NCBI GenBank assembly: GCA_049322955.1
Contig: JBMOPU010000033.1
Span: 784-64,783, forward strand
Origin: Patescibacteria group bacterium
GTDB lineage: Bacteria; Patescibacteriota; Microgenomatia; UBA10105; UBA927
Reading direction: 5' to 3'
Length of the DNA stretch: 64,000 bases
The translations under genes were made by a program, and so were the position numbers. Shown here piece after piece: positions 49,562 to 59,564 of this stretch. Positions within the stretch are counted from its first letter, which is position 1; each line of letters begins with the position of its first letter. The notes under the pieces are model-generated. The model was not told the origin of the DNA. It was given only the letters and a program-made list of their open reading frames with translations, and ran no database searches.

Positions 49562-49879
49562 TTATCCTTGCCAATCGGCGACGCCTCGTGTCGTGGGTCG
49601 GGTATCCCCGCACGGGAGTAGCTCGCTTACCGGGACAATCCGTACGGGTACTGCCTGAGAATACAGCTTTTTTCGTCGGGTAAAACCGCGCAGAGACATA
49701 TCAATGGAGTGATTTTGGATAAGCACCCGCGCATTTTCCCCCTCGGTAGTAATGAGCGTCACGTCATAGACGTTGCCGTCGATCGGGAGCCGATATGTTT
49801 TTCCGATAGTCAGTTGTTCACGATTCATATGCGATACTTGCACCCGTTCATAGCGGGATTGGCGGTCGGATGCCCGCAT
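49562..49879 (-). CDS. small hypothetical protein
   Basis: ORF only; probable true start at internal Met (MNREQLTIGK). Confidence 0.3.
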   Translation of the reverse strand: MRASDRQSRYERVQVSHMNREQLTIGKTYRLPIDGNVYDVTLITTEGENARVLIQNHSIDMSLRGFTRRKKLYSQAVPVRIVPVSELLPCGDTRPTTRGVADWQG

Positions 49880-49910
49880 AAATTGCCATTCATCCGGCTA
49901 CCGACGCAAC

Positions 49911-49942
49911 AAAAAAACCCCGCCTGGCGGGGTTTGTTTTTT
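49911..49942. terminator. bidirectional rho-independent terminator
   Basis: aaaaaaaccccgcc-tgg-cggggtttgtttttt. Confidence 0.6.
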
Positions 49943-50037
49943 CCATGAGCAAACCTCCGTCAGCCGGATTTGTTTGCCATCATCATGGAAATGATGTGTG
50001 TCATGTTCACGTAACTATACCACAACGTACGATGAAT

Positions 50038-50358
50038 TCAAGCCGTCGTATCCTTCCAAAGGTATTCCAGTGCGATCACGCACGCGATCATAAGCAGAAA
50101 ATACAGGGGATGTTTGAGACCGAGCATTCGGAGAATAAAATAGAGAACAACGCTTCCGGCACCGACAAGCGAGCGACGCACACTGCCGCCGATGTAGAGG
50201 GAAAAGAGCATCGTTGCCGCGGCAAGCAGGAAAAAAAATACGCCGATAGAGACATATGAGGAAGGAGGCATGACGTTCACAAACGCCGACAGAAGGATAA
50301 GCGCGCTTACCGCAAAAAACAGATGGAGCGGATTTTTGGATTTTCGGATTCTCTCCAT
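50038..50358 (-). CDS. small membrane protein, hypothetical
   Basis: 3 TM helices; 106 aa. Confidence 0.3.
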   Translation of the reverse strand: MERIRKSKNPLHLFFAVSALILLSAFVNVMPPSSYVSIGVFFFLLAAATMLFSLYIGGSVRRSLVGAGSVVLYFILRMLGLKHPLYFLLMIACVIALEYLWKDTTA

Positions 50359-50393
50359 ACATTTATTGTAGGTGAGTTTATGAGCGTGCTACA

Positions 50394-51431
50394 ATGGGTG
50401 CGATCATGAGCCCCGATTTTTTTATCCTTATTGCCGTCATTGTCGTCGGATTCGGAGTGCTCACGTACCTTGTCAAAAAAGAGCTTTCCGGTTTGAGCGG
50501 GAAGCGGGATGACATAACCCTCACCGAGTGGCTCAAGTCCATGCAGGCATCAATCGAAAATACGAACAAGGTGCTCAATGAGGCGATGCGCGGACAAACA
50601 ACCGATGTGAGCCGTCTTCTTCAGGCAAACACGAAGGAGCTCAATGAGCGGCTTGATATGGCAACAAAGGTCATCGGTGACCTGAAACAGAACCTGGGCG
50701 AAATGTCTGAGGTGGGCAAAGGAATACGGAGTCTTCAGGAATTCTTGCAGTCCCCGAAACTTCGCGGAAATATAGGGGAGCAGGTACTGCAGGATATGAT
50801 CGGCCAGACATTCCCCAAAAATTCATTTCACCTTCAATACGCATTTAAGAGCGGTATGAAAGTTGATGCGGTGTTAAAAACCGATGCGGGACTTCTGTGT
50901 GTCGATTCCAAATTTCCCATGGAGAATTTTACGAAAATGCATAAAGGCCCTACGGAAGCCGAACGGCATCAGGCCAAAAAGGATTTTCTCTCCGACGTAA
51001 AAAAACATGTAACGGATATAAGCCGCAAGTATATATTGCCGGAAGAAGGCACGATGGATTTTGCGCTCATGTATATCCCATCGGAGGGCGTGTATTACGA
51101 AATGGCCAATATGGAGGAGCTCATGGATTATGCGAGGAAACTCCGCGTGTATCCCGTTTCTCCCAACACGCTGTATGCGCATTTACAGGTATTGCTCCTT
51201 TCCTTTCAGGGAAAAGATTTGGAGCAAAAATCCCGACGGTTATTTCAACTGCTTCGCGGTATTCAAAAGGACTACGCGAAAATCGAGGAGGGGTTGGGTA
51301 CGCTCGGAAAACACATCAATAACGCATATAACTCCATGGGAAGTGTTTCCGGATCGTTTTCACTGCTCGGACAGAAATTAACGCAGACCCAGGCATTGGA
51401 AGCGGATGAAGAGGAAAAAAAACTGACATAA
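50394..51431 (+). CDS. rmuC: DNA recombination protein RmuC
   Basis: N-terminal TM; long coiled coil; C-terminal RmuC nuclease-like region (YIPSEGVYYE...). Confidence 0.7.
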   Translation: MGAIMSPDFFILIAVIVVGFGVLTYLVKKELSGLSGKRDDITLTEWLKSMQASIENTNKVLNEAMRGQTTDVSRLLQANTKELNERLDMATKVIGDLKQNLGEMSEVGKGIRSLQEFLQSPKLRGNIGEQVLQDMIGQTFPKNSFHLQYAFKSGMKVDAVLKTDAGLLCVDSKFPMENFTKMHKGPTEAERHQAKKDFLSDVKKHVTDISRKYILPEEGTMDFALMYIPSEGVYYEMANMEELMDYARKLRVYPVSPNTLYAHLQVLLLSFQGKDLEQKSRRLFQLLRGIQKDYAKIEEGLGTLGKHINNAYNSMGSVSGSFSLLGQKLTQTQALEADEEEKKLT

Positions 51432-51435
51432 CTCT

Positions 51436-51981
51436 ATGAAAAACGCGCTGATTCTTCACGGTACGGCAAATAATCACACCGGCAATTGGTTTCCGTGGTT
51501 AACCCGTGAACTTGAAAAACAGGGCTATCGGGTCTTTTGCCCTGACCTTCCGCAAGCAGAGCGACCGAATATCGGGCGATACACAGAATATATCCTTTCA
51601 AACTGGCGCTTTGATAATGAATCGATCATTGTCGGACATTCGTCGGGGGCGGTGGAAATCTTGGGATTACTTCCCCAAATCCCCAAAGATGTCGTTATTG
51701 CAAAAGCGATTTTGGTTGCGGGATTTACTGATTCGCTGGGAGATACCAAGTCCGAGCTTTTTTTAACTCCTTTTGATTATCCGGCAATCAGAAAGAAAGC
51801 AAGAAAATTCATATTTTTTCATTCGGACACCGATCCGTACGTACCCCTTTCTCACGGAGAAAAACTGCATGCGCTACTGGGAGGCGAGCTTATTATCGTC
51901 AGGGATCAGGGGCATTTTAATTTGGAAAAGGGTCCGCAGTATAAAGAGTTTCCGATGCTTCTCGAAAAGATACTTGAGTAA
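51436..51981 (+). CDS. serine hydrolase of the YdeN/RBBP9 alpha/beta-hydrolase family
   Basis: ILHGTANNH...GHSSGA (GxSxG)...D...H; 181 aa. Confidence 0.55.
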   Translation: MKNALILHGTANNHTGNWFPWLTRELEKQGYRVFCPDLPQAERPNIGRYTEYILSNWRFDNESIIVGHSSGAVEILGLLPQIPKDVVIAKAILVAGFTDSLGDTKSELFLTPFDYPAIRKKARKFIFFHSDTDPYVPLSHGEKLHALLGGELIIVRDQGHFNLEKGPQYKEFPMLLEKILE

Positions 51982-51999
51982 GTCTATAATGTCCACACC

Positions 52000-54945
52000 A
52001 TGGCAAGTGTCCCTCAAGCCAGTAAAAAACTCAACGCACAACAGCAGGACGCGGTAACGTTTGGTGAAGGCCCGCTCCTCATTATCGCGGGTGCAGGGAC
52101 CGGCAAAACCACCGTCGTTACGGAACGCATTAAACACCTGATCGGTACCGGCAAGGCGCTTCCCTCGGAAATACTCGCCCTTACGTTCACCGAGAAGGCC
52201 GCAAAAGAAATGGAAGAGCGCGTGGATGTCATCATGCCGTACGGATATACCAACATGTGGATATCCACTTTTCATAAATTTTGCGATCGCTTGCTTCGCC
52301 AGGAGGCTATTCATGTCGGCTTAAACCCCGCATATCGGCTCATGACCGATACGGATGCGACAATGCTTTTCCGAAGCCGGTTATATGATTTTCATCTCGA
52401 GTATTTCCGCCCGCTGGGAAACCCCAACAAATTCATAAAAGGAATGCTCCAGCATATATCGCGGCTTCAGGATGAAGACATATCGCCGGAAACCTACAAG
52501 GCGTGGGTACAAAAGCGGGAAAAAAATGCAAAGGAGGAAGAGGAAATTCAGGAAGCGGCAAAATACCGTGAGCTTGCCGATACCTACGAAGCCTACCAGT
52601 TACTCAAGATACGGGAAGGGCTCATGGATTTCGGCGATCTCATCACCCAAACATTGGGGTTGCTTCGTAGCAGGAAAAATATCCTGAACTTTTATCAAAA
52701 ACAATTTAAATATATTTTGGTGGATGAATTTCAGGATACGAATATCGCGCAAAATGAACTGGTCTCATTGTTATCGGGGAAACTTCAAAACATCACCGCC
52801 GTTTGTGACGATGATCAGAGTATTTATAAATTCAGAGGTGCCGCGGTATCGAATGTACTGAGTTTTCGAAAAAATTTTCCCAAGGCAAAGCTTATTGTGT
52901 TAAGTCAGAATTACCGCTCCTCACAGGCGATTCTTGATGCGAGTTATCAGCTTATTCAAAACAATAATCCCGACCGGTTGGAAATCAAAGAACACATCAA
53001 TAAAAAACTTACGGCGAACAGGGATGCCGCCGCGGTATGGCCGATGCTTATCTACGCGGACCGGGTCGAAAATGAAGCGGATGAAGTGGCCAAAAAAATA
53101 AGATCGCTTACCACCTCAGGTGATCACACCAACACGTACGAATGGAAGGACATTGCCATCTTAGTGCGCGCCAATAATCATGCGGAGCCATTCGTTCGCG
53201 CGTTTATGCGTCATGGAATTCCGTATCAATTTTTGGGTCCGGGGCAATTATTCCGACAGCCGGAAATAAAAGATCTGATAGCGTATCTTCAGGTTATTCA
53301 TAATTTTGAGGATAACGTTGCCCTGTTTCGTATTTACTCGATGAAATACTTTGCCATGAACGCCCGCGATATTGCCGCGGTTACCCTGTTTGCCAAAAAA
53401 CAGAATATGTCCCTTTTCGAAGCGAGTGAAATAATTGCCGGGGTCAGCCGCCGCGAAGGGATAACGCCCCCGGAAATTGACGAGGATACGGTGGCCAAGA
53501 TCACATCGCTCATCACCATGATCCGTAAGCATTTGGGGTTGGTAACGCAGGAAAGCGCCGGGCAAATACTTTTTTACTTTCTTTCAGATACCGGCATGCT
53601 GAAGAATATTCTGGACTATAGTGCACCGATCGATGAAAAAATCGCGGGCAATATTTCCAAGTTTTTCAGCAAACTCAAAACCTATGAAACGGATCATGAT
53701 GACGCCAGCGTTACCGCGGTTCTCGACTGGATTGAATTATCCATGGATTTGGGGGAATCCCCGCTTTCGGGAGACACAGACTGGACGGCCAATAACGCCG
53801 TCAATATTCTGTCGGTACACGGTTCGAAAGGTCTCGAGTTTCCCGTCGTGTTTTTGGTGAACATGGTATCGGCCCGGTTTCCGACTACCGAGCGCAGGGA
53901 AACGATCCCCATCCCCGAGGCGCTTATAAAAGAAGAGTTACCGGAAGGAGATTATCATCTTCAGGAAGAACGGCGGCTTTGTTATGTCGGTATGACCCGG
54001 GCACGGGATCTTTTGTATTTGACCGGCGCAAACTATTACGGTGAAGGAAAGCGTGAGAAAAAACTTTCACCGTTTGTCTATGAAGTAATACGTACGGCTT
54101 CCATCATTCCTCCTCATGAACAACCCCAACAAATTCCGCTTCTTGATTGGAAAAAAGACGAACGGGAACAGACAAATGAACCGTCGTCATCTCCCGTTGT
54201 CGTCACCTATCTCTCCTATTCGCAGATAGAAACATTCCGCCTGTGTCCGTTGCACTACAAACTCCGCTATCTCCTTCATATCCCGACGCCGCCGTCCGCT
54301 TCGTCTTCATTCGGCACGAGTATTCATAACGCATTATTTGATTTTTACTCCCTGCATGCGAAAGGCACGAAAGTCACAAAGAAACTTCTTTTGGAATTGC
54401 TGGATACGCGATGGAAACACGAAGGCTATGAAACAAAGGCAAGGGAAGCGTTGCTTCGCAAAAAAGGTGAAGCGTATCTTGCCGACTATTATACGAGCCA
54501 ATTTGACCCCGATACCGTTGTTGCCGCGCTCGAACAGCCTTTTACCGTCCCGGTGGAAAACGACGGGCGATCGGTGAGTATCGGCGGAAAAATTGACAGG
54601 ATTGATGTTCTTCCGGACGGAAAAATAGAAATTATCGATTACAAAACGGGAAGGATGCCGAGCAAAAGAGAAGTGGATGCGAATCTTCAGCTTTCCATCT
54701 ACGCGCTTGCGGCAAGTTCGATACCCGGTTTGCCGTTCGGGAAAAAGAGCGAGGATATCACGCTTTCATTATATTTTTTCGACACGAAAACAAAAATATC
54801 GACGATAAGAACCGTCGAGCAACTTGCCGTGGAACGTGCAACCATCATCAACATCGCAAAACAAATCGAAACATCCGATTTCCGGTGTTCAGGAAACTTA
54901 CTGTGTAAAGAATGCGAATATCGGATGTTTTGCGGTATCACGTAA
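52000..54945 (+). CDS. UvrD/PcrA-family helicase fused to a C-terminal PD-(D/E)xK nuclease with 4-Cys cluster (AddB/Cas4-like)
   Basis: Walker A GAGTGKTT; helicase motifs DEFQDT, QNYRS; C-terminus IDRIDVL...IIDYKTG and CPLHY...CSGNLLCKEC...FC. Confidence 0.8.
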   Translation: MASVPQASKKLNAQQQDAVTFGEGPLLIIAGAGTGKTTVVTERIKHLIGTGKALPSEILALTFTEKAAKEMEERVDVIMPYGYTNMWISTFHKFCDRLLRQEAIHVGLNPAYRLMTDTDATMLFRSRLYDFHLEYFRPLGNPNKFIKGMLQHISRLQDEDISPETYKAWVQKREKNAKEEEEIQEAAKYRELADTYEAYQLLKIREGLMDFGDLITQTLGLLRSRKNILNFYQKQFKYILVDEFQDTNIAQNELVSLLSGKLQNITAVCDDDQSIYKFRGAAVSNVLSFRKNFPKAKLIVLSQNYRSSQAILDASYQLIQNNNPDRLEIKEHINKKLTANRDAAAVWPMLIYADRVENEADEVAKKIRSLTTSGDHTNTYEWKDIAILVRANNHAEPFVRAFMRHGIPYQFLGPGQLFRQPEIKDLIAYLQVIHNFEDNVALFRIYSMKYFAMNARDIAAVTLFAKKQNMSLFEASEIIAGVSRREGITPPEIDEDTVAKITSLITMIRKHLGLVTQESAGQILFYFLSDTGMLKNILDYSAPIDEKIAGNISKFFSKLKTYETDHDDASVTAVLDWIELSMDLGESPLSGDTDWTANNAVNILSVHGSKGLEFPVVFLVNMVSARFPTTERRETIPIPEALIKEELPEGDYHLQEERRLCYVGMTRARDLLYLTGANYYGEGKREKKLSPFVYEVIRTASIIPPHEQPQQIPLLDWKKDEREQTNEPSSSPVVVTYLSYSQIETFRLCPLHYKLRYLLHIPTPPSASSSFGTSIHNALFDFYSLHAKGTKVTKKLLLELLDTRWKHEGYETKAREALLRKKGEAYLADYYTSQFDPDTVVAALEQPFTVPVENDGRSVSIGGKIDRIDVLPDGKIEIIDYKTGRMPSKREVDANLQLSIYALAASSIPGLPFGKKSEDITLSLYFFDTKTKISTIRTVEQLAVERATIINIAKQIETSDFRCSGNLLCKECEYRMFCGIT

Positions 54946-54951
54946 CCGGTT

Positions 54952-55779
54952 CTAACCCGGGAGGGGATAATACAGCGTTTCTCCTCCGAACCCCTCTTTG
55001 AATTTGGTGAAGCCTTTCCATTCGGTATTTTTGTTCGCAATCCGTTCATCCCATACGCCGACAAAATCGAAAAAATTCATTTTTCGTTGTCTGGCCAGTT
55101 TGATAGCCTCCCATACCAAAAGCGTCGGGGCAAACAGCTTCTTTCCTCGTCTGGTGGCGCCCGCTATCCAGTAATAGCCGATACGGTTACAAAAGAGCAT
55201 GAGTACGGTTCCCACCGCAGTACCCTTCGAATCGTACGCAAAAAGAATCGCTTTATTTTTTTGGGGGAGAATTGCCCAGAGTTTGGTAATCCCCGTGGTG
55301 GTAATAAATCCCAATAATCCCGCAGACCTGTTTTTCAATCGAACCATTGCCCGGATGTCCTCGGAAATCCCGATACGCACTCCCGCTTTCAGCGCTCGTC
55401 GAACCGCCCGCCGTTTTGCCTCACTCAATTGCGAAAACAATGCGTCTTCGGATCCGGACAGTGGTATGCGTATTGTTTTCGAGGGAATATAGGGATCGGT
55501 ATTGACGGTCATATCTTTCGCCATCGATTTTGTCCATCGGGTCAGATCGGCTTGCCGTACCCGGCTGTCCGGTTCGATAACGAGCGTCCTCACTCCGTAC
55601 GACTGGAGGAGTCGCAGTACTTTTTTGCGATCGGGGAGTTTGATACACCGCTGGATTTTGGCGATCCCGCCGAAAATCCAAAACGGTTTGATAAAAATAA
55701 AACAACCGTCCAACGACTCCACTTTCCATCCCAACGAACGGATATACTTTGCATACAGCGGTGATTGTTGAATTTCCAT
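54952..55779 (-). CDS. FemAB-family aminoacyltransferase (FemX-like, short)
   Basis: C-terminal region KLFAPTLLVWEAIKLARQRKMNFFDFVGV...FTKFKEGF matches the FemX/FemAB core; paralog of the next gene. Confidence 0.5.
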   Translation of the reverse strand: MEIQQSPLYAKYIRSLGWKVESLDGCFIFIKPFWIFGGIAKIQRCIKLPDRKKVLRLLQSYGVRTLVIEPDSRVRQADLTRWTKSMAKDMTVNTDPYIPSKTIRIPLSGSEDALFSQLSEAKRRAVRRALKAGVRIGISEDIRAMVRLKNRSAGLLGFITTTGITKLWAILPQKNKAILFAYDSKGTAVGTVLMLFCNRIGYYWIAGATRRGKKLFAPTLLVWEAIKLARQRKMNFFDFVGVWDERIANKNTEWKGFTKFKEGFGGETLYYPLPG

Positions 55780-55787
55780 AATGCTCC

Positions 55788-56774
55788 TTACGAAGACCGT
55801 TTGAGGAAAAACCAGCGGACGGTATCGATTACCGTATAGAGTCGGTAAAGGAATGGCGATATGACAAGGTCAAATGATCCGGCATAGGTGACGTGGCGCG
55901 GGCGAAACCCCTGTTTAAACCGATGAAAGCCGAACCAAGGGTCATTGGAATCGGGATGTTCTCCGAGTGCACCCCATAAATCAAACGCTTCATACCCTTC
56001 CTTCTTTGCCCAACGGGCAATTTCCCACAGTAAGAGGGTGGGTGCCATCACTTCCCGATGCAGTCTGCTTGATGCGCCGTACGGATAATAAACGGTTTTG
56101 TTCCAGCAAAAAAGCACCCAGGCGGCAAGAACCTCACCCTGATACCGTGCGGTAAAAAGCTTGGCAATCCCCGCTTTGGATAACGTATCCCACATGGTTT
56201 GGTGGTAAGCGGAGTTGTGTGCATAAAATCCCTGGCGGGATGTCGTCTCCGCGCTGAGTCGCAGATACTCGTGAAACGCTTCGGGTGATGAATCCTGGGT
56301 TACCGTAACGCCGTGTTTTTGTGCAACCTTCAGGTTATACCGCGTTTTGGGGTGCATTGCGGCAAGGAGCTCGCTTTCCGTTTTCGTTAAGTCCAATATG
56401 AATGAGTGAGGAGTAAAAAGGGGATGATGGGACGGAACCAATAATGGAGCATCGGAGGGAGGGACGAACGCGTGTTTTTCGACGTCGGGTTCAAGCTGGA
56501 TATAGATCGCTTTTTTTCCCTTCCCGAGTTTAGTGAGCGTTGCTAGCATTGTCGACGTTATAGCGGGTCCCTTCGGAAAATATCCGACGGTAAAGGGAAG
56601 ATACGGCAATTTATGAAAGGTGAGTTGCCAATTGTGTATGCGCGTTACATCGATGCCCATACGTTCACGGAAGACACCCCATTGCCAGCTTTGTAGCGGG
56701 TGGGTAACCCGTGCATTCCATGCGGTGATTTCCGTAGAAAGCAGATCTGCGGGGGGCTTTTTGGCTATCGGCAT
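55788..56774 (-). CDS. FemAB-family peptidoglycan aminoacyltransferase (FemX-like)
   Basis: YYPYGASSR...APTLLLWEIARWAKKEGYEAFDLWGA...FHRFKQGF aligns with W. viridescens FemX (YMYAGS...APYAVQSEMIQWALD..LYDLGG...FKHVF). Confidence 0.6.
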   Translation of the reverse strand: MPIAKKPPADLLSTEITAWNARVTHPLQSWQWGVFRERMGIDVTRIHNWQLTFHKLPYLPFTVGYFPKGPAITSTMLATLTKLGKGKKAIYIQLEPDVEKHAFVPPSDAPLLVPSHHPLFTPHSFILDLTKTESELLAAMHPKTRYNLKVAQKHGVTVTQDSSPEAFHEYLRLSAETTSRQGFYAHNSAYHQTMWDTLSKAGIAKLFTARYQGEVLAAWVLFCWNKTVYYPYGASSRLHREVMAPTLLLWEIARWAKKEGYEAFDLWGALGEHPDSNDPWFGFHRFKQGFRPRHVTYAGSFDLVISPFLYRLYTVIDTVRWFFLKRSS

Positions 56775-57009
56775 ATCCGTATTATCGCGCTTTTACGCAT
56801 GTGGTACAATATTTACCGATGAAGGTGCAAAGGAAAAATACGAAAGAACAATCCGTCGGTTGGTTGCCAATTGATAGTCGTTTAATTTCTCCGTTAATTT
56901 CTTTCAGTCATGTCAAAGGGATAGCAAAATTGTTTCTTGTGGTGGAAATGATATTTGCGTTAAGCGTCGTGTTAGGTACCTTCGTCATTCTTCTTTTTCA
57001 CTTCGCCGT

Positions 57010-58854
57010 TTAAAAAAACACATCCTCGTCCCTATATCCGCGGTCAGCGGACATAGATACTTGCATGTCCATCGCATGCTCAGGAATATCCGCGATGAAC
57101 CGGGATATGGTATTTTGTGTCCGTTGTCCGAAAAACAATCGACGGTTTGCAAACGTAAGATAGAGTTTTTCCTTTGCCCGGGTAATGCCCACGTAGCACA
57201 GACGACGTTCTTCCTCGAGCTCATCTTTTTCCATAAGCGCCCTGCTATGGGGAAAAATTCCTTCTTCCATGCCGACGATCGCCACGATGGGAAATTCCAA
57301 ACCTTTCGCGGCATGGAGTGTCATGAGGGTGACCGCCTGGCGATTTTTTCCCATCTCCTTGACCGAGCGGGGAACATACTCCTGTTCGACAAGTGCGACA
57401 TTTTCAAGAAATTCGGTAATATCGGGAAACTCGGTCGCCACCGAACGGAGTTCCTTTATATTTTCCAATCGGGAAAATTCCTCCTCCACTTTGGCGTCAT
57501 ATAGATCGAGATATCCGGTGGCGTCCAGCGTTGTATCGAGCAACGCAAGCGTCGTGGTGCCCTTACTGTCAGAGTCTGTTTTATAGCGTTGGGCAAAATC
57601 GAGAAATTTCGATAACCTTCCTTTTCCCAATTTTTCAATCCGATGATAGGAAACCGTATCTTTCGGATTCACCAATACCCGAAGGTAAGAAAGCACGTCC
57701 TTAATTTCCTTCCGTTCATAAAATCGAGTCCCGCCGACGAGGGTGTACGGAACTCCCGCGTGAAGCAACGCCTCTTCAAGAACACGCGATTGCGCGTTAG
57801 TGCGGTACAGGATCGCAAAATGCGAGAACGGTTTTCCCGATCGGAGAATAGTCTGAATGAGGTAGGTCGCTTCATCCTGTTCATTCCGTGCCTCATACAG
57901 CGTGATCATTTCTCCCGATGCTTTTTCCGTCCACAACTTCAGTACGGGATGTGAAGTGTTTTTGGCGATTACCCCGTGGGCGGCATCGAGTATCGTTTGG
58001 GTTGATCGATAGTTTTGTTCCAAATGGAAAACCGTAACGTCAGGATAATCGTTTTTGAAATTTGTTATGTTACGGAAATCGGCGCCCCGCCAACGATAGA
58101 TTGATTGCGACGCATCGCCGACCACGCAGATATTACGCCATCGTTTTGAGAGTATCTTCGTCAACATATATTGTGCTTTGTTCGTATCCTGATATTCATC
58201 GACGAGCACGTAATGATATTTTTCCTGATATTTTCCCGCGACTTCCGGATATTTTTGAAAGAGCAAAACGGTTTTTGCGAGCATATCATCGAAATCAAGC
58301 GCCTCGTTGGTGAGGAGGAGTTTTTGATACCCAAGATAGACGCGGGCGACGGTTTCCTGAAAATTGCCCCGTGCATACGTGGGGTATTCAAGAGCGGTGA
58401 TAAGTTCGTTTTTTGCCTGTGATATGGTGGAAAGGACGGCGCGCGGATTATACAGCTTCGTCGAAATATCCAGTTGTTGCATGACTTCCTTGATCGCGTC
58501 AATCTGATCCTGGTCGTCGTAAATAACAAAGCTGGGTGAAATACCGATATGGTGGCCGTCGATACGAAGTATTTTGGCGCATAGCGCATGAAACGTTCCG
58601 GCAAACGGCAATTCCCGATCCGCAATAAGCGCACGAATCCGCTCTTTCATTTCTTTTGCCGCCTTGTTGGTGAAGGTGACCATCAGTATGTTGTGCGGGG
58701 AAACATGTTTTTTTGCGATAAGGTAGGCAACCCTGCAGGTAAGCACCCGTGTTTTTCCACTGCCGGCGCCCGCAAGGATAAGAACCGCGCCATCCGTGTG
58801 CGTTACCGCGGCCTGTTGCGCGGCGTTTAAATCATTGAGGAGATCGTCGATCAT
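57010..58854 (-). CDS. pcrA: ATP-dependent DNA helicase PcrA/UvrD
   Basis: Walker A GAGSGKTR; DEYQDTN, QNYRST, VTLMTLHAAKGLEF; 614 aa. Confidence 0.85.
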   Translation of the reverse strand: MIDDLLNDLNAAQQAAVTHTDGAVLILAGAGSGKTRVLTCRVAYLIAKKHVSPHNILMVTFTNKAAKEMKERIRALIADRELPFAGTFHALCAKILRIDGHHIGISPSFVIYDDQDQIDAIKEVMQQLDISTKLYNPRAVLSTISQAKNELITALEYPTYARGNFQETVARVYLGYQKLLLTNEALDFDDMLAKTVLLFQKYPEVAGKYQEKYHYVLVDEYQDTNKAQYMLTKILSKRWRNICVVGDASQSIYRWRGADFRNITNFKNDYPDVTVFHLEQNYRSTQTILDAAHGVIAKNTSHPVLKLWTEKASGEMITLYEARNEQDEATYLIQTILRSGKPFSHFAILYRTNAQSRVLEEALLHAGVPYTLVGGTRFYERKEIKDVLSYLRVLVNPKDTVSYHRIEKLGKGRLSKFLDFAQRYKTDSDSKGTTTLALLDTTLDATGYLDLYDAKVEEEFSRLENIKELRSVATEFPDITEFLENVALVEQEYVPRSVKEMGKNRQAVTLMTLHAAKGLEFPIVAIVGMEEGIFPHSRALMEKDELEEERRLCYVGITRAKEKLYLTFANRRLFFGQRTQNTISRFIADIPEHAMDMQVSMSADRGYRDEDVFF

Positions 58855-58872
58855 AGACTATAATAGTAGCAT

Positions 58873-59553
58873 ATGAAAAAGCTTTTCATTTTGGGTAATT
58901 GGAAGTCCAATAAAACGCTTTCCGAAGCAAAATCGTGGCTTGCTGATGTTGACCGAACATTCCCCGCTCTTCCTCCCCATGTTACCGTCATCGTTTGTCC
59001 GAATTTTCTCGCTCTTCCTCTTTTTGCCGAAAAAACACACGGTTTTTCGGTCGGCGCACAGGATATCTCACCGTATGAAACCGGTGCCTATACGGGGGAA
59101 ATCGCCGCAGACATGGCGAAATCACTCGTCAGTCATGTCATGATCGGACACTCGGAGCGACGCAAGTACTTCGGTGAGACCGATGAGACGGTGGCGGAAA
59201 AGACAAAACGGGCGATAGCGGCAGGTATTATTCCGATCGTGTGTGTCTCGGCGATTGATCAGGTACAAGCGCTTGCAGTACTCGCTCCCGAATTTTCCGG
59301 GAAGGGGATATTTTTGTATGAGCCGCTGTTTGCCATAGGGTCAGGCAAATCGGACTCCCCGGAAAACGCCGATCGAGTGGCGGGTGATATCGCCGCACTT
59401 TTCCCGACGGTGCCTATTATGTACGGCGGCAGTGTCACCGCGGAAAACGTCAAAGGGTTTATCAACGCGACGCATTTGTCGGGGGTCGGAGCCGGAGGAG
59501 CAAGCCTTACCCCGCATACATTTCTTGCGCTTATCACGTCGGTCATCGCATAA
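58873..59553 (+). CDS. tpiA: triosephosphate isomerase
   Basis: GNWKSN, GHSERR, YEPLFAIGSGK. Confidence 0.85.
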   Translation: MKKLFILGNWKSNKTLSEAKSWLADVDRTFPALPPHVTVIVCPNFLALPLFAEKTHGFSVGAQDISPYETGAYTGEIAADMAKSLVSHVMIGHSERRKYFGETDETVAEKTKRAIAAGIIPIVCVSAIDQVQALAVLAPEFSGKGIFLYEPLFAIGSGKSDSPENADRVAGDIAALFPTVPIMYGGSVTAENVKGFINATHLSGVGAGGASLTPHTFLALITSVIA

Positions 59554-59564
59554 CTTACTTTTCT

